A DNA stretch of 64,000 bases, taken from positions 1,240,001 to 1,304,000 of the forward strand of contig CP145409.1 of NCBI GenBank assembly GCA_036867785.1, given 5' to 3'. Source of the stretch: Plasmodiophora brassicae (Eukaryota). A program made the position numbers and the translations under genes. Numbering within the stretch: position 1 is the first letter of the stretch; every line of letters begins with the position of its first letter. The notes under the pieces are model-generated. The model did not search any database. It worked only from the letters and a program-made list of their open reading frames with translations, and was not told where the DNA came from. Positions 14,101 to 25,199 of the stretch are shown here, piece after piece.

Positions 14101-15019
14101 GGATAGTTGCAAGGGCGCAAGTTGCACATGCAGGGCAGCGTACAGGATGGCGGCGATTTCGTCCAAGATTTGCATGACGTCTTTTGAACGACGGTCAAGA
14201 AGGTGGCCGAGCGTCTGAATGAATCTACTGGCGACTTCGTTGGTCTCGTTGTCGCCAGGGAAAATTTGGTTTGAACTGAAGAATCGCATGGTGTGATGCA
14301 GCGTAGCCCGATATAACGCATCGGCATCTTGGATGTCGCTCGATTTCGACAGGGCGACATTGATGACATCCAACGCATGAATTCTGTTCCACCGAAGCGA
14401 ATTCCCCGTCACGATGTTGAACAGTGATTCCATAATGGTCCGAAAGTCTGCCGAAGATCCTCGAGTCATAAGGAATTCGAGAATGCTCGGACAAGAGCAC
14501 AAAAGCAGCAGCGACCACGCCTGCACAATCGGTTCGGGGTGCTGGAGCGCGCTCGATACACACACGAGCAGGAGCGGTGAAATGACGGAGCTGACAGACG
14601 GTATGCTCAAAAGCAGGTCGCTTGCTGCAAACAGCATGCGCAGATCACCAAGAAGAAATGCAATCTATCATGCTGTATGTGAGGCAGTTGCACATGTGGC
14701 ATCGAAGCGGTTACTGTTACTTTACCTGGTCTGGGACGACAAGAGTTCCTCGAAGAGCGCTCTTCAAGTATTGCAGGAGATGTACTAGTATCTTACACGA
14801 TTCTGTTGCCGAATCCAGCGCGTCCACTTTCTGCATTACATTCATCCTTAGTCGAGTCGGTATCCCGTTCGCAGTTGACCTCACAAGTTCATAAGTTTCC
14901 GGTAGGTAGAGACGGCGCTTTTCCAGCAGAGCAGCCTGCGACATTCCACCGCCATCGATGGTATTTTGCCTAGGTGACGATGGCTCTCCTGGAAGTTTGG
15001 CGGCGCCGACGTCCGCCAT
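2140..15019 (-). CDS. Giant (~4000 aa) multi-exon protein: N-terminal HEAT/ARM-like helical region plus many ASH/PapD-like Ig domains (HYDIN/CFAP47/CFAP65-like, probably ciliary)
   Basis: Chain of same-strand ORFs (14717-15052, 12808-14637, 12375-12773, 11086-12378, 10297-10911, 9276-10289, 8678-9199, 7632-8642, 2598-7478, 2140-2556) separated by intron-sized gaps. Recurring ASH-type motifs 'lDFG.v.vg....l.l.N.g' and 'P..G.l.PGe'. Confidence 0.75.
2543..2560. repeat. (AC)9 microsatellite in the last intron of the giant gene
   Basis: acacacacacacacacac at 2543-2560, just upstream (minus strand) of the CAG acceptor. Confidence 0.9.
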
Positions 15020-15425
15020 GGCAAGTGACAATGCGGACGAACAACCAGTCACCCAGTGTCAAAAGGATGAGATCGACCCAGTTCAAGAAAGCAGTTCGAA
15101 CCGTTGTTGGTCTGGCGTTTAGGTTTTCGAACTGGCCCCATGGCATCCATTCGCATGGATGTAACGTCCATCACGAACTGATATCATCGACCTTCTTAGG
15201 CATTGTCGCGAAAAACCAAAGCTCCATGGCCGTGATGCTGCTAGTGTCAGTTCCGGGTTATCGATGACACCACGGTTTCTAAGACGGCCGCGCTAATGAG
15301 AGTCAATTGGAACAAAGTGATAGGCGTATACGCACAGCAGCGACGACCTTCTGTGGAGACTGCAGAAGGCATTGCTGCACGGACAACTTGGACATTGCGG
15401 CCTGCGGGAATGCAAGCAACAAAAA

Positions 15426-15506
15426 AGGCTTGTGCAGGATTCGAACCTGCGCGGGCAAGCCCAAACGATTTCTAATCGTTCACCTTAACCACTCGGTCAA
15501 CAAGCC
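15426..15506 (-). tRNA. tRNA-Ser (anticodon AGA)
   Basis: Minus strand: GGCTTGT TG ACC GAGTGGTTAA GGT G AACGA TTAGAAA TCGTT, long variable arm, GCAGG TTCGAAT CCTGC ACAAGCC, then TTTTTT. Confidence 0.93.
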
Positions 15507-15795
15507 AAGGTACTGCGGACCTTGTTGTCAGCTCGGAACATGTTGCTTTAGACAGGATGGTTCACCACCTCATAGCTGTCCTTTATCCATTCGCTGTGCC
15601 GGAAGCATTTGCGTTGTAAACTGACGACGTAGGCGCTCAGTTGAGGTTCAAGTACGAATCTGGTCTCATCGACCTACGTACATAGAGTAATGGGGTCAGG
15701 CGCACTGTGAATTTTATCCATGACCACCTGCCGCTCGAGACCAGTTGCTGAACAGTATCTCGGTAGAGTTGCTTCTTTGTTCCCATTTATTATAC

Positions 15796-16333
15796 TTAAC
15801 GCACGTGCTGAGCGAATGGCAGCGTGCGAACATATTCGTGAAGCTGCAGGACAAACAGTGGACTATGCAATGGAGTACCGGGCACATGCGTCGCGTTCAG
15901 AGACGTCGCAGCTACATACAACGCGTATATGCGCTGAAGAGTTTCCCTGTCAACCCTGTGAGGACAACAGGCAGGTGCCGAAATGCAACAGGGAGCCGAC
16001 CGTTGGTCGCCGACATCCGTATCGGTGATCATGATAAACCTGAGACCGGTCGGCGTCTCCAAATAATGCAACTTGTAATCTTCGGTACAAAACGAACGAA
16101 TCGGTTCGTTCTCGAGTTCACCCAGCCTGACCCAACTCAGATTGTGGTAGCGCATGGCACGAAACTCCCCGACGGTACATGATGGGCGTCAGCTGGTTGG
16201 CAAACGCCTTCAGCGCAAACAACAACCCGAACGTCGTCCGGTGGTCCACCACGTGCGCCGTCGACCCCGATGTCCAGTGCTGCTCGAACAGGCACTCGCC
16301 ATCGCGCCTGTAGATCCGTAACGAGTACAACAT
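15796..16333 (-). CDS. TRAPPC1: TRAPP complex subunit 1 (BET5, longin-like)
   Basis: MLYSLRIYRRDGECLF..W, FGLLFALKAF, FCTEDYKLHYLETPTGLRFIMITD; multi-exon. Confidence 0.88.
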
Positions 16334-16587
16334 GAGACGCCGCGGACTACGTTTTATCACCACCAGGCAGTGACGAAAAAAATCAATCAAATACGTAACG
16401 ACGACGCGGCTTGGCAATGGCAGCAGTCCAGTGTGCAGTTCGTTTAGTCTGCAGTCATTCGGGAAAGCAGTCGTCTCAGACGGTGCCTGCGATTTGACTC
16501 CATCGAGTGGCGCGTGCCAACGCCTGGAGCCCGCGTGCGGAGAGACGCGTGCCCTGGCGTTAGAGTACAACGTGTGTTCGACTAACC

Positions 16588-19528
16588 ATGCCGCCGCCTA
16601 GTGTGCCCGGGAGCGACGACTTGGCCGTCGACGTCGCCAAGGAGGGGAACGGCGAGGCGCACGGCGCGCAGGTTCCTGTCTCGATTGTGTCCATCGAGCC
16701 GGATTCGCCCTGGAACAACGACAGCGCCACCAGTGCCAGTCGTCGCAACGAGCTTGCTGACGCCATTATCCAGAGCAACAAACCCGATGACCCGGCGGTC
16801 GTCGGGGTGGACAATGACGCCAGCGATGCTAACAGCGGCCTAGACACGCAGCTGCTCCGCCGGATTGACAAGCGCGCCTACTGCTACACGCCAATAGCGG
16901 CTCGCTCGCCTGTCACCTGGCGGCAGAACGCGTCCAAGCTTCTGTTCAGCGACGTGTCGATTGCAGTCGTCGTCACCATGTACAACGAGTCCAGCGCCGA
17001 GCTGCACCTGACTCTTCGCGGTATCGCCAACAACATTCGGTTCATGTGCAAGAAGCTCGGCCAGCCCGATTACTGGAAGAACGTCACGGTCACCATCGTC
17101 GTCGACGGACGTGATCGCATGCCGCCTTCCGCAATTGAAACCCTGAATAGCATGCGACTGATCGACCAGGCCGCCATGGACGAGTCGTTACGCACCAACC
17201 CCAAGATGGGCATGCACCTGTTCGAGACAGTCGCTTCCTTTGCTGACGAACGCGACAATTCCGAATTTCCTCCCATCCAGCTCATGGTCGCCATCAAGGA
17301 AATCAACCAGGGCAAGATCGCCAGTAAGATCGCTCAATCTAAGTCGAAAGCAACAATCTGACGTCCGTAACAGGCCACTGGTGGTTCTTTGAGGGTCCGT
17401 TTAACGGGTAGCATTCCGATGAGTACGCTGAAAGGGTTTCTGTCGGAACTTAGGGATATGCCATCTGATCCAGCCCGAGTACTGCTACCTGCTGGATGTC
17501 GGTACGAAGCCACGCCGGGCCGCGTTCTACGCGTACCTGCGCCAGTTCAAACGGGAACCGGATATGGCCGGCGCGTACGATACGGTCACCATTACGGCGA
17601 TATCACATACTAATCATGTAGTACAGGTGCGGACAGATCACGACCCGGAAAACCAGCTGGGTGAACTTCCTGAACCCGATCGTCGCATCGCAGCACTTTG
17701 AGTACAAGGTAACGCTCATGACAATCCCCTGGGGGGCACGTTGCTGACAAATCGGACAGATTGCATCAGTGCTGGACAAGGCGTTCGAGTCGTCGCTGGG
17801 GTACTTGTCGGTGCTCCCGGGAGCGTTTTCCGCGTACCGGTTTTCGGCAGTGCAAGGGGCGCCCCTGGAGGCGTACTTCCGCCACCTGTTCATCGCCGAT
17901 TCGGACCTGGAGCCGTTCCACACGAACATGATGCTGGCGGAAGACCGTATCCTGTGCTATGAGCTGATCGCCAAGAAGGACTGCTCTCATACGCTCGGGT
18001 ACGTGAATTCGGCTATCGCTGAGACCGACGTCCCTTGCGACATCGGCCGCCTGCTGAAACAGCGCCGACGCTGGCTGAACGGGTCCTTCTTCGCGCTCCT
18101 GTACACCCTGATCAACTACCCGACATTCTTCCGGCAGACTTCGCATGGCATTCTGAGGAAGATGTCCATCACGTTCGAGTTCTTCTTTTACACGCTCTCC
18201 ATCTTGCTCCAGTGGTTCTCCATCGCTATGTTCGTGCTGATCATCCGATTCCTGCTGGTCGAGATCATACACGCCGATAAGACCGGTGGCCCACTCACTG
18301 TCACCACGACCTGCCTAGTCGTATTCTCCGCGTTCGTCTTGCTCCAGTTTGTGTTAGCTCTTCGAAACAATCCGCTCAAGCTCTCGTTCCTGTACACAGC
18401 GAGTGCCCTCTTCGTCGGAGCAGCCTTCTCAGTTATGCTCATTTGGACCATCAAGTCGGTGGCCGAGTACAAACAGTACATTCTTCTTGCGGTATGGTCG
18501 TTCTTGGCATTTGATCTCCTCTCTTTCTGACCTGTGATCGTTAGCTGTTTGTGACCTGGGGTCTTTACATCGTGCTAGCACTTCTGCACGGTGAGCTGGC
18601 GACGTTGACGACATCGTTGGTCGGTTACATGTTCATGATGCCGGCGTTCCAAATCATGATGCCCATCTATGCGTTCAGCAACGTTCATGACGTCAGCTGG
18701 GGCACGAAAGATTGTAATCCCTGCTAGGTTATGCAGTGATCCTGACCCATCTGAAATCCATGCGCAGTGGACTCAGCAACCTTTAACGACGAGAATCAGA
18801 CCGAGGCCGTCAAGGCGCGTGTTCGCCATCGATTCCACATCTTCCGAGTGAAATTGCTGTCTGCTTGGGTGCTTTCGAACGTAAGCGGACTGCAAGTTGA
18901 AATCCACAGGTTTTTATATGGAAGTGGATAGGCGGCCATAATTGCGCTGACGCTCTACTACAAAGTGCTGATATCTTACGTTCTGGTCGCCATCCTGTGC
19001 ATGTTGCTGTTCGTGAACGGCTCCCGGTTCTTCGGGTCGGTCGCCTACTTGACGAGTACCCAGGCGCAACCGTCCGTCTTTGTCAAGGTCGTTCTGGCCC
19101 CATTGCGGCCGAGAGTCTGGTTCGCATTCATCAAGATGCCAGTCGCCTTGTTGGTCAGCCTGGCCGGCCTGGTGTTAACCGCATTAGGTGCCACTCACGA
19201 GAATGCGAACTTCATGAAGCTGGCCGCATTCGACCTGTGGTTCAGCCACCTGGGCACGTCCATGACGCAACTGACGCTAAACAAGGACCCAGCTACGCTG
19301 CAGATACGGTCGTACTTCGGTCTGTACCGCTGGGCGGCCACGTTCGTCGGCGCCGGCCTTCTGTTCGTTACAATCGAAACGGCCATCATCGTCTGGAAAG
19401 TTGCCCAGCATCGCCTGGCGTTTGAGATCTTGACCGGAGTTGGGTTCGGCCTGGTCGCATGCAACGCCGTCTATTGGACCGACTACATCGTGCGGCGCCT
19501 GGCCAGGATGACACTGACGACGGCGTAA
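16588..19528 (+). CDS. Chitin synthase (copy A), GT2 family
   Basis: TMYNE, DGR, LLDVGT, LPGAFSAYR, LAEDRIL, QRRRW and SWGTK motifs across several exons. Confidence 0.93.
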
Positions 19529-19577
19529 TCTCCGATCGACAACCCATACACATTCACGTACATGTTTCCACTGTACA

Positions 19578-20302
19578 TTACGGTGCACGCCGCCGTACCG
19601 ATACGTAGAGGCAGGTGTCTTTGTACGAATGGTCGAACACGCAGAGCAGGGTGCCGACAGGGAGGTCGTTGATCCATGGGCAGCAATTCTCTCCAGGTGA
19701 CGCGACGCGATCGTGGACGAGGTGCAGAGCAGGAAGGGCGTGGTCGAACTGTAAAGGTTCGACACGAGGTCGAGGCAGGCCGACATCCAGATTCAATCCG
19801 GCCGCCTCGACAAGCGATGGATGCGCCTTGAAATACTCGATGGCGATCGAGTTCACTTCGAGCATAACCTGAAGCAAAGACACCGATTTGAAACGAATAT
19901 TCAGCCTTGAACCAGGCAACTGACGTTATGGATATCAGGTTCAGGCGGGATTGGTTCACCATCGTGTGGGTAGATAGGGAACAGAAGCATGGTCTGCATC
20001 GGGTCCTCTTTGCCAGGCGGTAGCGCTGTGCAGCTAAGGCAGTAATCCCTGTAGATTTCATACGCTGGATCACGATGCTCGCACGATATAAATGTCGTCG
20101 CCATCAGAGGGTGCCCAAGATCCCCGACGAACGCCCCGGCGTCCCGCATCGCGTTGACCACTCGTGCCGGCAGACACTTCGTACTCGTCCGTACATGCTC
20201 GTCCCTCTCGGCAGACCGCATTCGCCCTCGAAACGCGCGCACAGACGCACCGCCAACCCATCTTCGTACCGGGCTTCTGAACGAGCCCAGCCTCGGTAGC
20301 AT
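19578..20302 (-). CDS. Hypothetical protein, possibly mitochondrion-targeted
   Basis: ORFs 19901..20302 and 19578..19860 joinable across short introns. Arg-rich, acid-poor N-terminus. Confidence 0.5.
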
Positions 20303-20508
20303 CCGGGCGTCGGCTCGTTGCTGGAAATCTCCGTGGCGACGGATGCAGCTCGTGCCGTCGTTACGACGACAGAAGCGTCGCTGCAGCTCGTTCGACTGCG
20401 CGGCTCTCAGTCGCAGCTCGTTCGCCGTTATTGCAGTTCGTACGACCGCGTGACTGGCGTCGTTTCTGGGGAACGTACCGACGGCTGTCGTGGCCCGTTT
20501 ATGGCAGG

Positions 20509-22003
20509 TTAGGTTGGGGTGGCCGCCATTGACGTCAGATGGTGATCATGGACGAATACTGGGTTCGGGTGCTTCGAGGAGCGCATCTTGTTGACGAGCA
20601 GGGTGTGCCGCAGGACGCCGATGGCCAGTTCCATGCGTTTCGTTTCGGCGCGCAGCTCAAGAAGCGCGCCGCGAATCCGACGTAACGGGCTCGTGTCCGT
20701 CATGGAATCGCTTCGCGAATCCAGCTGTCGTTTCAGTGCCTCCAGCTCCTCGGTCGTGCTCGCTAACGTCTCCGTCATTCGCGACACTTCTTCCGACAGG
20801 TTTGAGTACTGCGAAGTCGCCAAATCGACCTGGAACCTGGGCTAAGATACGCCGAGCTGTTCCGAACCGCCAGACCTGACCTGGGCCTGCTTCTCTTTGA
20901 ACTCGGCGCCTAGATGAGAGAACTTGTCCTGGATGTATCGCTCCTGAGCGGAGATCCGGGTGCACGTCTCCCCGATCTGCGTCCCGATCCTACTCAGTTG
21001 GATCTCGACGTCCGGGAACGTGTCCCTGATCAGCGCCTCGTGCTTAACCATCGTGTCCAGGTGCGTCCGCCATTCTTTCGCGCCCGACATCTTGCCCAGT
21101 TTAAGAAGCGGGGCAACCCGTTCCAGTTCGAGCTTCCATTCCGCCGGGTCCACCTGTGATCCGGTCAGGGCATGACAACGTGACAGTGAGGGCGATTTAC
21201 GGTCGATTCGAGGACAGTCGGTGCCGCCTCGCGATCGTCACCGGTGTCCTGACCGCCCCCACTGCTGGTGCCCTTCTGTGTCGCATCAGCGCTATACAAC
21301 TCGTTGTATTCGACCTCCTCGCCCAGTTCGTTATCGTCCGCTTCGAACCCGCCGTTATCGTCATCCGCATTGTCCTGGGCGAATTCATCGCCGATCTCGG
21401 CACCGCCATCCTGAATATCACCTGTGTCAAAACCCTTCTACGGTTGGACCTCATCAGTGTTACGTCGTCCTGGATGATTAATGTCTCTGAATTCGTGTCG
21501 AAGACCGGTTTGCGAAGTCGAACACCGTTGACACGTAGCGCTCTATCAAGGACAAACCGAAGCAGAGACAGAACCTGGATGCCGTACCCAGTCTTCAGCT
21601 ACAAGGAGCACGTGAGAATACGGGCGTAAGTCGCAACCCGAGCGTTGTGAACCTTCGAGGCCGGGAAATCGGGAGCGAACCCCAACTTGGTGAGTTCGAC
21701 CAGCATGTTGTTTGAGGCAGTGGACGGGTCGTCAAACTCCCAGTCGACGAAATCGACTTTGGCGAGTTTAAGTGCCCAGGACGTGAGCGCCGCGAAGCAA
21801 GGGAACGGCGAGACGCGACCGGGCATTGTGAAAACAGAGTGATCGAGTGGTGGAAACCCTTTAGACGGACAGAACGATGTCTCATAGTTCAGGAGCTTGA
21901 GCTTCTCTAAGACGTCGTCCATGGCGGCCAGCGTCTGCCCATCGGGCCACATCGATGGCGCCGACCCTCGGCGGCCGCCATCGTCCCCACCAGCGTCATC
22001 CAT
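20509..22003 (-). CDS. IFT57: Intraflagellar transport protein 57
   Basis: LEKLKLLNYE, WKLELERVAPLLK, KEWRTHL, ISAQERYI, MTDTSPL...MELAIGVLRHTLL. Confidence 0.92.
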
Positions 22004-22229
22004 CACACGACAGTCACTGTGTCGTCCGGTGCTGACAGCCCAGCGCAACCTGATCACCTGGCACCTTCATGTAAATCACTGGCCCTTATGGTTGTCAGAT
22101 GTACACAGAGGGCACGTGATGGATTCCGCAAATCCTGTCTTAGTGGTCATCCCAAGATCCACGCGAATGTTGTGTATGACATGAGAGAACTGGTTGCCGG
22201 GTATGCTTTGCAACAGAATAAACAGGCGG

Positions 22230-22926
22230 TTACTGGGCAGACATGGCAGCATGTGCACTGTTGACGAACTCAAGGGCAGCAATGTGATCGAAATACGTCT
22301 TCAGCGTCGGGTAGGCGACGATATCGATCCCGATAAACTTCAACAACGACAGGGAGATGTACAGGTAGGAATCCGCAATGGAGAACGTGTTTCCGACCAG
22401 GTAGTATGTCTTGTTGTTGCCGAGCTCGTGCTTGGACAGGTAGTCGAGCTTGCTGACCAGCTTGGCTTTCGCCCATTGCTGTACCTGATCTGGCGTCCCA
22501 GGCGTGAAGAACGGCACCAGCATGGCGTGTACTTCACTGGCAATGTACGACACCTTCGACTGGACCAGGTAGCGCTCGTTCGTTCCGGCGGCACGCCCCA
22601 GCTCCGACTCCAGTGCCTGGTCAGCGATCCACTGTAGAGTGGCCGCATTCTCGTTCAGGATGGTCGCGTCGTCAAGGACGAGGCACGGCACGTTGCCCTT
22701 CGGGTTGATCTGGTAGAAGTCGGCGCCCTTGTTGGGCCCCGTCAGGACCGTATGCGTCGCGATGTCCACCTCGTAGACGTCGATCTTGGAGCCGATCAGG
22801 CCGGCCTTGTGTGCCACGATGAAGTTGCAGGCGGCTGCACGCACGCGAGTCAGTGAACGTATCACGTTGCAGAGGCGATCGATACGTACAGCAGGAGACG
22901 GGCGCGTAGTACAGTGTGGCGACCAT
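22230..22926 (-). CDS. Glutathione S-transferase, beta-class-like (left copy)
   Basis: Spliced MVATLYYAPVSCSACNF...INPKGNVPCLVLDD...SEVH...FSIADSY; one 55-nt intron (22835-22889). Confidence 0.9.
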
Positions 22927-23808
22927 GGTGAACTTGGAGCAGCAGAAGAGGAACGGAAGAATAGAAAGGCGATGTGAGTTTCAGCGATGACTTTGTAGAA
23001 TGGCGCACCGAATCGCGATCAGACCCGCAACCTAGCAAGCGGGAGCTGCCAGGCAGGCGCAGGTCATCCCTGAAAACTAAAAATAACCCATGCGGGGAGT
23101 TCGCTGACGAATTCGACAACGAATTCGCTGTGGATCTATCCCGGTCTGGGCAGGTCACGCACGCAACCGGTGAAGGTGGCCCCAACGTTCTCGACGATAA
23201 CGCGTTTGCTGGCTGCTGTCGTGTCGACTGTTCGATCGACGTTCGGCTGGCGGTCGGAACAACCAGAAGCGCGTCCGCCTTGGTGGTTTCAGATATACTG
23301 ACCAGGACGCCACTGGGAATCAGCAACGTCTTCGACGACCAGAGACCGTACATGAACTAAGTACTGGCAACGTCAGGTGCTGTAGCTAGCGCTGACGCAG
23401 GCTGAGGTGCTGATTACCCGGTGGCGTCCTGACCAGTATATCTGAAACCACCAAGGCGGACGCGCTTCTGGTTGTTCCGACCGCCAGCCGAACGTCGATC
23501 GAACAGTCGACACGACAGCAGCCAGCAAACGCGTTATCGTCGAGAACGTTGGGGCCACCTTTCGCCGGTTGCGTGCGTGACCTGCCCAGCCCGGGATAGA
23601 TCCACAGCGAATTCGTTGTCGAATTCGTCAGCGAACTCCCCGCATGGGTTATTTTTAGTTTTCAAGGATGACCTGCGCCTGCCTGGCAGCTCCCGCTTGC
23701 TAGGTTGCGGGTCTGATCGCGATTCGGTGCGCCATTCTACAAAGTCATCGCTGAAACTCACATCGCCTTTCTATTCTTCCGTTCCTCTTCTGCTGCTCCA
23801 AGTTCACC

Positions 23809-24505
23809 ATGGTCGCCACACTGTACTACGCGCCCGTCTCCTGCTGTACGTATCGATCGCCTCTGCAACGTGATACGTTCACTGACTCGCGTGCGTGCAG
23901 CCGCCTGCAACTTCATCGTGGCACACAAGGCCGGCCTGATCGGCTCCAAGATCGACGTCTACGAGGTGGACATCGCGACGCATACGGTCCTGACGGGGCC
24001 CAACAAGGGCGCCGACTTCCACCAGATCAACCCGAAGGGCAACGTGCCGTGCCTCGTCCTTGACGACGCGACCATCCTGAACGAGAATGCGGCCACTCTA
24101 CAGTGGATCGCTGACCAGGCACTGGAGTCGGAGCTGGGGCGTGCCGCCGGAACGAACGAGCGCTACCTGGTCCAGTCGAAGGTGTCGTACATTGCCAGTG
24201 AAGTACACGCCATGCTGGTGCCGTTCTTCACGCCTGGGACGCCAGATCAGGTACAGCAATGGGCGAAAGCCAAGCTGGTCAGCAAGCTCGACTACCTGTC
24301 CAAGCACGAGCTCGGCAACAACAAGACATACTACCTGGTCGGAAACACGTTCTCCATTGCGGATTCCTACCTGTACATCTCCCTGTCGTTGTTGAAGTTT
24401 ATCGGGATCGATATCGTCGCCTACCCGACGCTGAAGACGTATTTCGATCACATTGCTGCCCTTGAGTTCGTCAAGAGTGCACATGCCGCCATGTCTGCCC
24501 AGTAA
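23809..24505 (+). CDS. Glutathione S-transferase, beta-class-like (right copy)
   Basis: Same as the left copy; intron 23846-23900. Differs at DFHQ vs DFYQ and FVKS vs FVNS. Confidence 0.9.
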
Positions 24506-24996
24506 GCGACTGGTGACGGGGTAATACACTGTCTGCTTGTGTCTTTCGCAATCTTCGACGAGCACTCCCCGCGCCAGGCTTCAGCGTCATGAGCCAGGTT
24601 GGCCAACCGAATGGTACCATTGTGCTGCAGAGTCGTCAGCATGAAGGCGTTCCGCCGACCGTAGTCGCTTGCATCGCGCCAGTAGGGCTCTGTCTGGATG
24701 TAGCCAGCCGTCGGATATGACGGTTCCGACCTATCGCGCCCGGGGCCCGATGACTCTGTCGTTTCGGACCTGCAAGTAACGACGGCACGTGGAAACCTGT
24801 GCCGTCGCAACGTTCTGATCGTCGATTGTTGCACAGGACAATGGACGTACATCGTCTGGGTCCCGGAGTAGTGCAAATCACCATCGCCCCCCAGGCGGGT
24901 CGACGAGGCCGCCGCCCGATTGCCACAGCCTGCCCGGTACCTCGCGAACGCCAACAACTGCTGCTCAAGGCTGGGGCGGTAACTAGCCAATTACCC

Positions 24997-25128
24997 CGAC
25001 CATAGACCGTGCAGGAACTAAGCACTGGCAACATCAGGTGCGGCAGCTCCGACACAGGCAGCGGTGCTGACGCCCAGTGGCGTCCTGGGCAGTATCTGAA
25101 CTATCAAGCAGAACGCGTTTCTGATTGT
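24997..25128 (+). repeat. Diverged dispersed copy of 23336-23476 (palindrome spacer plus start of right arm)
   Basis: cgaccatagaccgtgcaggaactaagcactggcaacatcaggtgc...gtggcgtcctg vs cgaccagagaccgtacatgaactaagtactggcaacgtcaggtgc...gtggcgtcctg. Confidence 0.75.
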
Positions 25129-25199
25129 TACGGGAGTTATGCTGTTAAGTATGCGAGCCGTGGGGGAGCAGGGGACGTGGACCGTACGACGATGGTGGC

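Larger units (their letters stand above)
22230..24505. repeat. Long inverted repeat: arms ~22230-23325 and ~23408-24505, spacer ~82 bp
   Basis: The arms are near-identical reverse complements, and all ORFs in them are mirrored in the ORF track. Confidence 0.95.

Noticed and set aside
22862-23873. Mirrored ORFs in the palindrome centre as a transposase or gene pair
   Set aside because: No transposase motifs; they are by-products of the inverted repeat over GST upstream DNA.
24510-24990. 180-aa minus-strand ORF between GST and chitin synthase B
   Set aside because: No recognisable motifs or clear start; cannot be supported as a gene.
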